DNA of 64,000 nt from Chloroflexota bacterium (lineage in GTDB: Bacteria; Chloroflexota; Anaerolineae; UBA7937; B3-Chlor): positions 94,900 through 158,899 of the forward strand of contig JAUVXJ010000008.1 of assembly GCA_030603665.1 (NCBI GenBank), written 5' to 3'. The notes beneath the pieces were generated by a model. That model did not search any database. It saw nothing but the letters and a program-made list of their open reading frames with translations, and had not been told where the DNA came from. A program made the translations under genes and the position numbers. Positions 1-10,025 of this stretch are shown here, piece by piece (positions within the stretch are counted from its first letter, which is position 1; each line of letters starts with the position of its first letter).

Positions 1-821
1 AGGACGCGGGAGTCCTACTAAAGGGCCGGCTGATACTGGAAAGCGTCATCGGCGAGGAGGATGGAGGGGTGGGTACGCTGGCTGCGGTGTTGCGAGGTTA
101 CTCGGCCGACGGGGCCATAGTGGCCGAGCCCACCGAGTTGGCGGTGGCTCCCGCCCAGGCAGGAGCTTTCAACTTCCGCGTGACCATCCCCGGCAAGGCG
201 GCTCACGGCTGCGTGAGGGAGGAGGGGGTCAGCCCCATCGAGAAGTTCATTCCCATCCACGAAGCGTTGATGACCCTGGAGTGCGAGAGAAACGAGGGAC
301 ACCAGGATCCTCTCTATGCGCGATACAAGCTGCCCAATGCTCTGTGCATCGGCACCGTCAGGGCTGGCACCTGGGCCTCATCTGTGGCAGAAAGCCTGGT
401 CTTCGAGGGACGGTATGGCATCGCTGTGGACGAAGACCAGGAGGCGGCCCGCCGCGCCTTGGAGGAAGTGGTGGCCGAGGCTGCGCAGGCTGATCCGTGG
501 TTGCGGGATCACCCGCCGGTCGTGGAGTGGTGGGGAGGGCAGTTCTACCCGGCTCGCACCCCAGTGGAGCACCCCCTGGTCCAGGCCATCTCGGGGGCTT
601 TGGGGGACGTCGCAGGAGGCGATCCCATCCTGGAGGGCATGACCTACGGGGCCGACATGGGCTTGCTGGTCAATGTGGGCCACACTCCCACGGTGCTCTT
701 CGGACCCGGAGATGTCAGGGTCTCCCACCGGCCAGACGAGTACGTGGCGGTGAGAGAGTTGGAGACAGCGGTCAGGACGCTGGCTCTCACGGCGCTGCGT
801 TTCTGCGGATACGAGGCCTGA
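1..821 (+). CDS. M20-family metallopeptidase (ArgE/DapE/acetylornithine deacetylase-like), 5' end outside window
   Basis: ORF 69..821 stays open to the window edge in the same frame. The C-terminal block GADMGLLVNVGHTPTVLFGPGDVRVSHRPDEYV is typical of M20 deacetylases/peptidases. Confidence 0.8.
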   Translation, partial: DAGVLLKGRLILESVIGEEDGGVGTLAAVLRGYSADGAIVAEPTELAVAPAQAGAFNFRVTIPGKAAHGCVREEGVSPIEKFIPIHEALMTLECERNEGHQDPLYARYKLPNALCIGTVRAGTWASSVAESLVFEGRYGIAVDEDQEAARRALEEVVAEAAQADPWLRDHPPVVEWWGGQFYPARTPVEHPLVQAISGALGDVAGGDPILEGMTYGADMGLLVNVGHTPTVLFGPGDVRVSHRPDEYVAVRELETAVRTLALTALRFCGYEA

Positions 822-1004
822 TAAGTACGATTGACAGACGCGACTTCAGTTGACCCCAATCGCCCGCTGTGCTATGCTCGTGGTTGCCCCCTAGAGAGCG
901 TGGTTTGCGGCGGGTTCACACCCCACTGAACCACTGGCCGACGGGCGCACGCTGCAGGGCCATGCTCTCTCCTGTGTCAGAGCCCATAGACGAGGAGGTG
1001 GAGG

Positions 1005-1457
1005 ATGAGAGTGCGGCACAGGTTCCCCATGGTGATTCTTCCCCTGGTCTTTCTAGGCCTCGCGGCAGCTGTCATCTCGTGTGCCTCAGCCGAGGTCGGA
1101 CCCCGAGCCTGGATCGACTGGCCTACCGAGGGATTCGAGACCGACGTGGGCTCCACAGTCACTGTGATCGCCCACGCCTACGCTGAGGCAGGTGTGGGAG
1201 AGGTGCGGCTGGAGGTAGATAGACAGCCGTACAGAGTCGTCACACCCGATCGAGCGGGAGAGCAGTTCGTCGACGTCTCCATGGAATGGTTCGCCGATGA
1301 GCCAGGTTTGCACCTGCTCTCTGTCACCTCTCTCGACGTCAACGGCCAGGCGAGCAACCCAGCCAGCGTCGCTGTGAGCGTCACGGGCGAGGGGGCGGGG
1401 TTGATCCTGACCCCTCAGGGGTCGGCCACGGTGGTGACCACGTCGCTGGGAATCTAG
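1005..1457 (+). CDS. secreted/lipoprotein with Ig-like beta-sandwich domain (hypothetical)
   Basis: GGAGG lies directly upstream of the ATG. The signal peptide ends in a lipobox-like AVISC and is followed by a roughly 110-aa beta-rich domain. Confidence 0.55.
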   Translation: MRVRHRFPMVILPLVFLGLAAAVISCASAEVGPRAWIDWPTEGFETDVGSTVTVIAHAYAEAGVGEVRLEVDRQPYRVVTPDRAGEQFVDVSMEWFADEPGLHLLSVTSLDVNGQASNPASVAVSVTGEGAGLILTPQGSATVVTTSLGI

Positions 1458-1626
1458 CGGTCCCCGTGCTACAATGTGATTACCAGGCGGGTTCCGCCTC
1501 GCCCGTGCTACCAAGGGCTTGGTCGGTACGCTGGGCCCGCCCTGGACGTAGCGTCCGTGGCCAAGAGATGGCGCCGAGGGAGCGCAGCGTTCGGGTGCAT
1601 GACGAAATCATGGGGAGAGTTCAGGC

Positions 1627-2094
1627 ATGCCGCAGCTCGACAGAGGTGATAAGTACGTATTCGGATGGTCGAGAGTAAGCGAAGTTGGGAGGATCGCTAT
1701 CCCCGCAGAGGCCATGGACGAGTATGGCCTCAAGGAGCACGACAAGGTGATTGTGATGAGTGGAAGCCGCCGATCTGGCGGCTTTGCTGTCACTACCCCA
1801 CGATTACTGTCGGGGTCGCCCCTCTCCGCAGCGTTGCAGAGGTTTCCCAGGCTTCGCACCTTCCAGATGCCCCAGGCCAGAGTGGTTAGAGTGGAGGGCA
1901 GGTCTTTCTGCTGGACGAGCATAGACGAGGAAGGCTACATCACTCTGCCCGAGGAGACTCTGAGGGAATACGAGATTCTACCTGGAGCCCGCCTGCTGAC
2001 TGTGAGGGGCAGTGGTCTCGCCTTGGGCTTCGCACTCATGGGCCCCCTTGTGGACGAAGCTCTGACGCACGCCGGGATAGAGGTGCTCGAGTAG
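1627..2094 (+). CDS. protein with two SpoVT/AbrB-like swapped-hairpin domains
   Basis: There is an internal duplication: GRIAIPAEAMDEYGLKEHDKVIVMSG and GYITLPEETLREYEILPGARLLTVRG. Both match the AbrB/MazE looped-hinge signature (G.I.IP.E.....L..GD.V). Confidence 0.6.
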   Translation: MPQLDRGDKYVFGWSRVSEVGRIAIPAEAMDEYGLKEHDKVIVMSGSRRSGGFAVTTPRLLSGSPLSAALQRFPRLRTFQMPQARVVRVEGRSFCWTSIDEEGYITLPEETLREYEILPGARLLTVRGSGLALGFALMGPLVDEALTHAGIEVLE

Positions 2095-2122
2095 ACCGCC
2101 ACCTCTTGCGAACACGATCAGA

Positions 2123-3397
2123 GTGGAGGTGCGGGTGAGTTCGTGGCGCGGACGCTCTCTCCGGTCAGCATTCACTTTCTGCTTTGCCGCTCTCTTGTCC
2201 CTCTTCTGCTTCGGACCTCGCGTCACGCCGTCGACAGCCACGGCCCCTTTCCGGGTGACTTTCATCGACGTAGGCCAGGGGGACTCTGCCTGGCTCAGCA
2301 CTCCGGATGGATGGGACATACTGATAGACGGAGGCAGGGAGAGCGAGGGGCCTGGCTTGGTCTCCTACCTTCAGTCCCAGGGTGTCAGCGACATAGAGGT
2401 TCTGGTACTGACGCATCCCCATGCCGATCACGTGGGTGGCCTGGTCGAAGTGGTCGAGAACCTGGAGGTCGATCAAGCGCTCACCAATTGCCAGCCCTAC
2501 TCCACCGACATCTACCAGGACTTCCTGGACCTGCTTGTCAGCGAGGGCATCCCGATCGTTTGTGTTCAGGACGGGGACACGTTCGCGTGGGGGGCGTACG
2601 TGTCTGGGGTGACCCTGCATCCTCCAGACCCGTTGATGTCGGGGACGGGATCGGATGCTAACAACAACTCCATCGTACTCCTGGTCACCTATGGCACCAT
2701 CGACTTCCTGTTCACAGGAGACATCGAGTCCGAGGCGGAGGTTGCCATTCTCTCAGGTGGGCCGGCACCTGATGCGGAAATCCTGAAGGTGGCCCATCAC
2801 GGCAGCAATACGTCGTCCACCGCGTCGTTCCTCGCGGCTGTGGGCGCGCAGGACGCCATGGTGTCTGTAGGAATCGACAACCGGTTCGCGCTCCCCAGCC
2901 CCTTGGCGTTGGAGCGCGTGCGTGCGACTGGAGCTGCCGTTCACAGGACCGACTTGCAGGGCAACCTCGTTGTGCAGACGGATGGCAACACTTACACGGT
3001 CTCCCCGGAGAGATATGTGCAGATCCAGATGCCGGTGGCCTTCCAGGCCTGGCCCGCTGACCTGCCTGAGGTGCGGGTTGACCCTGGCTGTTCTCAGTTC
3101 GACGCCCCCGGCAGCGACAACCACAACTTGAATCAGGAGTATGTCTGTTTCACCAACTGGGGTGGGTCACCACAACTCATGACCGACTGGCGCGTGGAGG
3201 ACGAAAGGGGCCATACGTTCACCTTCCCATCTTTCGCTCTGAACGCAGGCGCAAGCGTTGTGCTCCACACCGGCTCAGGTGCAGATTCCTCAACTGATCT
3301 GTACTGGGGGCAAGCTCGGGCGGTATGGAACAACGCTGGAGACAGGGCCTACCTGTACGATGCGACATGGAGCCTTGTGGACACCTATTCGTACTGA
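2123..3397 (+). CDS. ComEC-C-terminal-type MBL-fold hydrolase fused to a lamin-tail (LTD) domain
   Basis: N-terminal hydrophobic anchor. HPHADHVGG metallo-beta-lactamase motif, with AHHGS later in the sequence. The C-terminal NQEYVCFTNWG...WRVEDERGHTFTFP...VVLHTGSG matches the LTD pattern. Confidence 0.8.
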   Translation: MEVRVSSWRGRSLRSAFTFCFAALLSLFCFGPRVTPSTATAPFRVTFIDVGQGDSAWLSTPDGWDILIDGGRESEGPGLVSYLQSQGVSDIEVLVLTHPHADHVGGLVEVVENLEVDQALTNCQPYSTDIYQDFLDLLVSEGIPIVCVQDGDTFAWGAYVSGVTLHPPDPLMSGTGSDANNNSIVLLVTYGTIDFLFTGDIESEAEVAILSGGPAPDAEILKVAHHGSNTSSTASFLAAVGAQDAMVSVGIDNRFALPSPLALERVRATGAAVHRTDLQGNLVVQTDGNTYTVSPERYVQIQMPVAFQAWPADLPEVRVDPGCSQFDAPGSDNHNLNQEYVCFTNWGGSPQLMTDWRVEDERGHTFTFPSFALNAGASVVLHTGSGADSSTDLYWGQARAVWNNAGDRAYLYDATWSLVDTYSY

Positions 3398-3611
3398 AAG
3401 GTCTTCACGAGCGATAGTAGTTCTGGAGACCGGGCTCCACCCCGTACCATCGGCTCCTGAATCCCCTCTGGACAGCCAAGGAAACAGGGGATTCTGTCTG
3501 CGATGTCCATGGCGTTGGCGATCGACCAAGCGGCAGTTCAGCACCGCCCCTCAGCCGTACTCGCCACAGCGGCTGTGTCGTGCTATAATCCGACCAGGCT
3601 CCTTCGGCCGC

Positions 3612-4316
3612 ATGGCGCTGCCGCAGATGACCGCCACTTCGATTGACAGGGCCAACCGAATGCTCACCTGCTTCTACCTGTCTCTACTGATTCTCGGCGG
3701 CGGCTACATCGCCACCACCTTCATCGTCGGTGAGCTGGTGGACTTCGGCGAGGGCGTCGCCCACGCCATAGAAGGGCTCGGCGGCGGTGTTGCTGAGGCG
3801 CTGTCTAGCCTGGGGGGCGCGCTGGAGGGCGTGCTGGGAGACGCCGAGGCTGTCGGCGTCGATGTGGGTGACATCGATCTGCCCGACATCGGCGAGATCG
3901 AACTGGGTCACGAGGTGGAGGGACCCAGCCCTTTCTCATTGCGGACGCTCTCCATGTTTGCGGTGGGGTTTGGTGCCGGCGGGCTGATGGGTAAGGGCCT
4001 GGGCATGTCGGACCCCGTCAGCTTGGTGCCGGCGAGCGGAATGGCCTTCGCGGGAGCGGCCACGATGTGGCTTTGCCTCCGCTTTCTGTACGCCGCTCAG
4101 GGCTCGAGTTCTATCAAGGCCACGGACTATCATGGCCTAGTGGGCCGAGTTACCGTCGCTGTCCCAGACGGCAGACTGGGTCGGGTGGCTCTCAACGTGA
4201 AGGGGCAGAGGATCAACGTCCCCGCTCGCTCTGAGAATGGCTGCACCATCCGCGCTCACGCGGAGGTCGAGGTGCTTGCGAAGGAGGGGGCGACGGTTGT
4301 GGTCAGGGAGTTGTAG
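3612..4316 (+). CDS. NfeD-like membrane protein (OB-fold C-terminus), partner of the downstream flotillin
   Basis: Internal ATG of ORF 3258..4316. It has TM segments and then GLVGRVTVAVPDGRLGRVALNVKGQRINVPARS...VEVL...G..VVV, an NfeD C-terminal beta-barrel pattern. An extended -10 (TGcTATAAT) sits at 3578-3586. The start could alternatively be 3660. Confidence 0.7.
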   Translation: MALPQMTATSIDRANRMLTCFYLSLLILGGGYIATTFIVGELVDFGEGVAHAIEGLGGGVAEALSSLGGALEGVLGDAEAVGVDVGDIDLPDIGEIELGHEVEGPSPFSLRTLSMFAVGFGAGGLMGKGLGMSDPVSLVPASGMAFAGAATMWLCLRFLYAAQGSSSIKATDYHGLVGRVTVAVPDGRLGRVALNVKGQRINVPARSENGCTIRAHAEVEVLAKEGATVVVREL

Positions 4317-4342
4317 TAGGCTTGGGAATGTAGAAGGAGGTT

Positions 4343-6091
4343 TTGGACGTGGGCATCATTGAGAGCTTTCTGGGTTTGCTGGGCAGCGGTACTCTCCTCG
4401 TCGCTTTTGCAGTTCTCTTCGTCGGGTTCTTCCTTCTTTTGGCTCTCGGCAGAGCACTGCGGTTCATCAGAAAGGTGCCACCAAACAGGGCTCTGCTGGT
4501 CTACGGCGTGCGCACTCACACCAGGGTGACGGTCGTGCGCAGGACTAGAAAGCTCAAAGCTTCGGAGGAGGGTGCGGCCGAGCCTCCGCCAGAGAGGCAC
4601 GAGCCGGAGTTCCAGGAGTGGGAGTATGAGACTAAGACGGAGGAAGTGACCGTCAACTACAAGATGGTCAAGGGTGGCATGACCGTCGTCATGCCCTTCG
4701 TGCACGATGTGAAGGAACTGGACCTCAGTCTGATCACGCTGGACGTGGCGGTGCATAACGTGCTCAGCAGCAACGCGGTACCGATCACCGTGGATGGCAT
4801 CGCCCAGATCAAGATCGGCAGCGATGATACCTCTATCGCCACCGCCGCCGAGCAACTGCTGGACAAGAGTACAGAGGATATCAAATATGTGGCCATCCAA
4901 ACGCTTCAGGGTCACCTGCGCGCCATCATCGGCCTGATGACGGTGGAGGAGGTGTACAAGGACCGTGAGGCCTTTGCCCAGATGGTCCTGCAGGTGGCCG
5001 TTGACGACCTGGCTGGGATAGGTTTGCAGATCGTCTCCTTCACTATCAAGGAGATCGGTGATGACAAGGGCTATCTGGAGGCCCTGGGTAGGCCGGAGAT
5101 AGCGGCCAAGCTGCGCGACGCCCGGAGGGCGGAAGCGCAGGCCGAGCAGGAGGCCACGGAGAAAGAGCAGCAGGCGGAGAAGGAAAAGGCAGGATACACC
5201 AAAGAGGCGAACGTGGCCAAGGCCCAGTACAACGCGGAGGTGTCCCGGGAAAGGGCGGTGGCGGAAAGGGCCCAGGCGATTTCTCTAGCTGAGCAGGACA
5301 AGACGCTGGAGGAAAGGAAGGCCGCGGCAGCCCGCGCTGCGGCTGAGCGCCGGGACAAGGAACTTGACGCCGAGGAGCGTCGTCCGGCTGACGCATCCCT
5401 ATACCGGGCGGAGCAGGAGGCCTCGGCAACCAAGGCCACGGGTTTCGCGGAAGCTGACGTGGACCGCAAGACGGGCGAGGCCCAGGCTGCGGCCGACAAG
5501 GCCAAGGGACTGGCGGGAGCTGATGTGACCAAGGCCCAACTCCTGGCCGAGGCCGAGGGCAGACGAAACCTCGCCGAGGCGCTGAACGCCTACAAGGCGG
5601 GAGCACTGCGATTGGTGCTCGGACAGGCCTTGCTGGAGAAGGTGCCGGACGTGGCTTTGGCCTTCGGGGAGGCCTTTGCCAATATCGAGCAGATCCGCCT
5701 CATCGATATTGGCGGGCCGGGTGCCCGCGGTGAGGGCGTGGAAGGGTCTGTGGAGCGATTCCTGGATACTCTGCCCAACACCATGTTCAAGTTCTTCCAG
5801 GGGGCGTCGGCATTGCTGGGCGGGCCGATCGATGATCTCGTGGCCGCCTGGATCGTAGAAGAGGCGGAGAAGCGAGGTGTTGAAGTAGCTCCGGAACAGC
5901 AGGAGTCCATAAGAGAGATGGTAGCGGCCAAGGTGGCTGACGAGGCAGAGACAGATGAGGAGCAAACTGAGCGCGGCGTGGCCGAGGCTGAACCAGCCGC
6001 CGAGACTGAGGCTGCCGCTGAAGAGGGATCTGAGGCAGAGCTGGACGCTGGTGAGCCGGAGTCTGAGGCCTCTTCACCGTCGGAGGAGTAA
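4343..6091 (+). CDS. flotillin-family SPFH/Band 7 protein
   Basis: N-terminal TM, an SPFH core and a long Ala/Glu-rich coiled-coil (EA repeats), typical of bacterial flotillins (FloT/YqiK-like). It lies immediately after an NfeD gene. Confidence 0.85.
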   Translation: MDVGIIESFLGLLGSGTLLVAFAVLFVGFFLLLALGRALRFIRKVPPNRALLVYGVRTHTRVTVVRRTRKLKASEEGAAEPPPERHEPEFQEWEYETKTEEVTVNYKMVKGGMTVVMPFVHDVKELDLSLITLDVAVHNVLSSNAVPITVDGIAQIKIGSDDTSIATAAEQLLDKSTEDIKYVAIQTLQGHLRAIIGLMTVEEVYKDREAFAQMVLQVAVDDLAGIGLQIVSFTIKEIGDDKGYLEALGRPEIAAKLRDARRAEAQAEQEATEKEQQAEKEKAGYTKEANVAKAQYNAEVSRERAVAERAQAISLAEQDKTLEERKAAAARAAAERRDKELDAEERRPADASLYRAEQEASATKATGFAEADVDRKTGEAQAAADKAKGLAGADVTKAQLLAEAEGRRNLAEALNAYKAGALRLVLGQALLEKVPDVALAFGEAFANIEQIRLIDIGGPGARGEGVEGSVERFLDTLPNTMFKFFQGASALLGGPIDDLVAAWIVEEAEKRGVEVAPEQQESIREMVAAKVADEAETDEEQTERGVAEAEPAAETEAAAEEGSEAELDAGEPESEASSPSEE

Positions 6092-6410
6092 CGGGAGGAA
6101 CGTACACTGAAGGAACGAGAGCGCTTCAGCGCCACGCTGGATGAATTGGCCCCGCTTCTGAGCCAGCTGCCCCGGGGGCGCAGTCAAGAGATCGTGGATT
6201 CCCTGACAGGGATATCACGACTCTTGGGCGATCTCGAGGTGGCGGAGTCAGAACTTGAGCGAAGGTTGGCCCTCATCGAGGCGGAGCATATCGTCACCGC
6301 ACGATGAGAGGGATCCGGTGACTGGCCGCACAAATGGGCCGCACGCCAGTGATAGGCATCGGTCGGAAGCTCAGGCGGCGGGGACGAGAAGCTGATTTGG
6401 AGGCGTAGCG

Positions 6411-7037
6411 GTGTCTTCTGATGGAGCCAAGTTGGACCTGAAGTGGAAAGAGGTAGGTCCCTGGGGGACCAACGCCTACGCGCTGGTGTGCCCCACAACA
6501 GGGCAGAGTCTGCTTATCGACCCTGCAGGAGAGCCCGAAACTCTACGCGCGATGCTCGGAGGCAGCGACTTGGCAGGCATCCTCATTACCCACGGGCACG
6601 TGGATCACATCGGTGCGCTTCTCGAGATGCGAGGAGCATCGAAGGTTCCGGTCATGGCCCACCGGGGCGGCGGAAGTCTGAAGGCGGATCGCTGGCTCGA
6701 GGATGGCGACGTTGTGCAGATCGGAGAGCACACAGTGAGTGTCCACTACACCCCCGGCCACACCGACGACAGTGTCTGCTACTCCCTGGAGGGTGACAAC
6801 CGCGTTCTGGTTGGCGACGCGATTTTCGAGGGCGGCCCTGGGCACACGTCTTCGCCCGAGGCCTTTGAACTGACCGTGCGAACGCTGCGCCAGACGATTC
6901 TTGCGTGGCCGGACGACACCGTGTGCTATCCAGGTCACGGGCCGAGTTTCCGGCTGGGTGACAAGCGCGCTGCCATCGAAGCGTTTCTCGCCGCAGACCA
7001 CGGTGACTTCTGCGGCGACGCCACCTGGGAGATGTAG
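6411..7037 (+). CDS. MBL-fold metallo-hydrolase (glyoxalase II-like)
   Basis: THGHVDHIGA motif with downstream PGHT and a GD...G spacing typical of hydroxyacylglutathione hydrolase-like proteins. Confidence 0.8.
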   Translation: MSSDGAKLDLKWKEVGPWGTNAYALVCPTTGQSLLIDPAGEPETLRAMLGGSDLAGILITHGHVDHIGALLEMRGASKVPVMAHRGGGSLKADRWLEDGDVVQIGEHTVSVHYTPGHTDDSVCYSLEGDNRVLVGDAIFEGGPGHTSSPEAFELTVRTLRQTILAWPDDTVCYPGHGPSFRLGDKRAAIEAFLAADHGDFCGDATWEM

Positions 7038-7225
7038 AGACCCATAGACATCCATCAGCTGATCAGCAAGTAGGCAGCCACAGATGCGCCCCATCTCCTG
7101 GCGCGATCCCCAGAGTCTGATCGCCTTCAGGTCGCTCGTTTCCCCCTGAGACCCGGGGCTTCGTTCCTTGTCGCGCATGGGTTTTCCATATCCCCGGTGG
7201 GAGTCCGTTGACTGTGGAGGTCGAT

Positions 7226-7861
7226 ATGATCACCTGTCCTTGGTGTGGCACGAACTACACATCGTTCCAGCCAAACTGCGACAACTGTGGTGGCTCTCTC
7301 CCCCTTCCGCCCGAGGTGGTGCCTGCCGCATCCAGTGTCAGCCTAGCCACTCCTCCACCACCACCTCGCGACGTGCCACGCCAGGCCGTCTGGCACATCC
7401 TATCCAGCGACGGCTGGGCCATCTCCGGTCTCGTCTTCTCGCTGCTGGGCCTGGTCTTCGTGGTGGTGGGCATTCCTCTGACCGTCTCTCTGGTCGCTGC
7501 GTTCGTTGGCCTCCCCTTCGGTGGGTTGGGAGTTCTCTTCCTGAGTGGGGGGATACCCGTCCTGGTGTGGCGATATCAGATGGCCCACAGCACAGTGGAA
7601 GTACTGAGGGAAGGGGAAGCGACGGTGGGAGAGATCATAAGCGTGACCCAGAACTACCACGTGCGGGTCAATGGCCGCTATCCATGGGCGGTGGAGTACG
7701 ACTATGAGGTGGGAGGGCGTCTCTACGCTGACAAGGTCACCACCCTGAGCAGGCCCGATCTGAGTCAGCAGCCTGGGAGTCCAGTGTACGTGCTGTACAT
7801 GAGGGACGATCCTGAGCAGAGCACAGTCTACCCCAGTCCCTACGGTTACTACGGTCTATGA
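7226..7861 (+). CDS. zinc-ribbon + DUF3592-like membrane protein
   Basis: GGAGG lies 5 nt before the ATG. CPWCG...CDNCGG zinc ribbon, a Pro-rich linker, 2 TM segments, then a beta-rich C-terminal domain resembling DUF3592. Confidence 0.65.
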   Translation: MITCPWCGTNYTSFQPNCDNCGGSLPLPPEVVPAASSVSLATPPPPPRDVPRQAVWHILSSDGWAISGLVFSLLGLVFVVVGIPLTVSLVAAFVGLPFGGLGVLFLSGGIPVLVWRYQMAHSTVEVLREGEATVGEIISVTQNYHVRVNGRYPWAVEYDYEVGGRLYADKVTTLSRPDLSQQPGSPVYVLYMRDDPEQSTVYPSPYGYYGL

Positions 7862-8057
7862 CCAACGGACGTTCGGGAAGGTGGTCTGTTCCGGACTTCA
7901 TCCGACACGTGCAACGGTCCCCAGATGGCCACTTGGCCTCGACTGGACCATCGGCATGGCCAGTGACTCGAGATAGCGAAGAATGGCCTCTTGATCCGGC
8001 TCCGGATGACACGCAGCGGGCGCCATGGAGGCCAGAACAAGCAAGGAGGATTGGTGG

Positions 8058-8375
8058 ATGATCAGTAGAGTGTGGCATGGTTGGACTACGCCGAAGAACG
8101 CCGACGCTTATGAGGGACTCCTGAAGAGCGAGATCTTCCAGGGAATACAGAGCCGCCAGATCGCCGGATACCGGGGGATTCATCTCTTTCGGCGCAGTCT
8201 GGAGGATGAGGTGGAGTTCATCACCATCATGTGGTTTGACTCAATCGAGGCGGTGCGAGAATTCGCAGGGGAAGATCACGAGGTGGCGGTGGTTCCTCCC
8301 ACGGCAAGAGCTCTGCTATCAAGGTTTGACGCGCGCTCGCAGCATTATGACGTTGAGGTGGACATGAAAGCCTGA
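8058..8375 (+). CDS. ABM (antibiotic biosynthesis monooxygenase-like) domain protein
   Basis: AAGGAGG precedes the ATG at 8058. The roughly 100-aa ferredoxin-like pattern ISRVWHG......Y...L.....G......G..G..LFRR....EVEFITIMWFDS.EAV..FAG fits the ABM fold. Confidence 0.6.
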   Translation: MISRVWHGWTTPKNADAYEGLLKSEIFQGIQSRQIAGYRGIHLFRRSLEDEVEFITIMWFDSIEAVREFAGEDHEVAVVPPTARALLSRFDARSQHYDVEVDMKA

Positions 8376-8533
8376 TCGTGCAGCGCGTCAAGTATGTTGC
8401 ACGGTGAACGGAGGCGCTGGGTGACGTGATCTCAGCTCGTTGCGCGCCAGTGAAGGGGGCATATGGAAGAGCCCGGCCCAGGCGTGAGAAGCTTCCAGTG
8501 TGCACACTCACTTGTTACAGAGGAGATGTCTAG

Positions 8534-9460
8534 ATGAAGCAGAGGATACTATCTCAACTAAAGGAAGGGGGCTACGAGGGGCGAATCGTATCCGCGGAAC
8601 GCCTCCCCGAGCTTCAGGAAGGTATCGAAGGGCCACACAGACAGGGTCTCCTCGATGAGGAGCTATACCAGGACTACCTTGCCGGGTTTGAGTTCAACCC
8701 GCCAGACAGCTTGCCCGATGCTAGGTCGCTGGTGGTCGTGGCCATTCCGCATCCCCAGACCCAGATCACATTCACGTGGCACGGGGAGCCGGTGCCTGTG
8801 CTGATGCCGCCAACGTATCTACATTCGGAGGAGGCCGACCAGCAGGTAGAAGACCTCCTGGCGGACGCTCTTTCCACAGTGGGCCACCGCGTGGCTCGAG
8901 CAACGGTTCCCAAGAAGCTGCTCTCTGTGCGCAGCGGACTGGGGCGGTATGGAAGAAACAACGTGTCCTACGTCCCTGACATGGGTAGCTTTCACCGGCT
9001 TGTCGCCTTCCACTCCGACTTGCCGTGCCCGGACGACGACTGGACCGAGCCGCAGATGCTGGAGAGATGCGAGACCTGCAAGGCCTGTCTCCGGGGTTGT
9101 CCGACTGAGGTCATCTCCATGGAGCGCTTCTTGGTGCAAGCGGGGCGCTGCCTCACCTACCATAACGAGAAGCCCGGTGACGTCCCTTTCCCTTCGTGGA
9201 TCAGTTCCTCTGCCCACAACTGCTTGGTGGGCTGCCTCCACTGCCAGAGGGTGTGCCCCGAGAATAAGGGTGTCGTGGAATGGATCGAGGACGGCCAAGG
9301 CTTCTCCGAGGACGAGACCGCTGAGATCCTGGAGGGTGTTCCCCGCGACCGACTCTCAGCTTCCGTCGTAGAGAAGCTCCAGCGGGCTGACCTGATCGGT
9401 TATCTTGAGATTCTACCGCGAAACCTCAGAGCTCTTCTCAGCACCATGGCGGAGGGTTGA
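8534..9460 (+). CDS. QueG-like (epoxyqueuosine reductase family) 4Fe-4S protein
   Basis: Two ferredoxin-type cluster motifs, CETCKACLRGCPTEVI and CLVGCLHCQRVCPENK, in the arrangement seen in QueG and reductive-dehalogenase relatives. Confidence 0.6.
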   Translation: MKQRILSQLKEGGYEGRIVSAERLPELQEGIEGPHRQGLLDEELYQDYLAGFEFNPPDSLPDARSLVVVAIPHPQTQITFTWHGEPVPVLMPPTYLHSEEADQQVEDLLADALSTVGHRVARATVPKKLLSVRSGLGRYGRNNVSYVPDMGSFHRLVAFHSDLPCPDDDWTEPQMLERCETCKACLRGCPTEVISMERFLVQAGRCLTYHNEKPGDVPFPSWISSSAHNCLVGCLHCQRVCPENKGVVEWIEDGQGFSEDETAEILEGVPRDRLSASVVEKLQRADLIGYLEILPRNLRALLSTMAEG

Positions 9461-9544
9461 GTCTCGCGGCTGGCGCTGATACCGCGGGCAAGTGTCGGTT
9501 CGCGGGGTTGGCCACCCTCCATAGCCCTCCTATTGCCACGAGAA

Positions 9545-9576
9545 GAAGCCCCCAGAGACGCTGCGCTGGGGGCTTC
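9545..9576 (+). terminator. strong hairpin (11-bp perfect stem GAAGCCCCCAG/CTGGGGGCTTC), possible terminator
   Basis: Perfect inverted repeat read directly from the sequence, about 85 nt after the QueG-like stop. The U-tract is poor on the plus strand. Confidence 0.45.
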
Positions 9577-9660
9577 CTCATCCCATCAGCATCGTGCCTT
9601 TTAGTTTCGGTCTCCACGGCATTGACCGAAACGATGGACAGGCCCAGGTCTCGGAGTTAG

Positions 9661-9837
9661 GCCAGCAGACCATGGAGCGCTGCCTGGTCGGCCGACGGCA
9701 GGTACGTCGCCTTCGTGTCCTACCGCGATCCCGGCCCCTGGGGCGAGATCTACGTCATTAGCGCGGACGGAACCTGGCTGATGAACGTGACCAACAATCC
9801 GGCAAGCGACAACGAGCCTTCCTGGTCTTCTAGGTGA
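9661..9837 (+). pseudogene. orphan PD40/TolB-type beta-propeller repeat fragment
   Basis: This 59-codon open frame has no start codon. It translates to WSADGRYVAFVSYRDPGPWGEIYVISADGTWLMNVTNNPASDNEPSWSS, which matches the repeat unit of the intact PD40 proteins at 32646 and 35162. Confidence 0.6.
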
Positions 9838-10025
9838 CGGGCGTGCCAGAAGCGATGGTGGGTTGCAGGAGCAGACACCGTCGAAGCAGTGGCCTTCAGG
9901 CGCCAATCTATCGGCGCTGAGGTCATCCGATGCCCGAGTTTGCTGATGAGACTGTGGACGCAGCCGAGGGCGCACACGCCGCCCTCGGCTGCTGTTGCCG
10001 TGCGTCGTTGTCTCTATGACGAGCT

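Noticed and set aside
5046-6135. Several long minus-strand ORFs (5046..5606, 5071..5532, 5399..5965, 5590..6135, 5787..6107) opposite the flotillin gene.
   Set aside because: Their composition is Pro/Arg/Ser/Ala-rich and low in complexity. They lie antisense to the Ala/Glu-rich coiled-coil of a clearly recognisable flotillin. These are typical GC-rich shadow ORFs.
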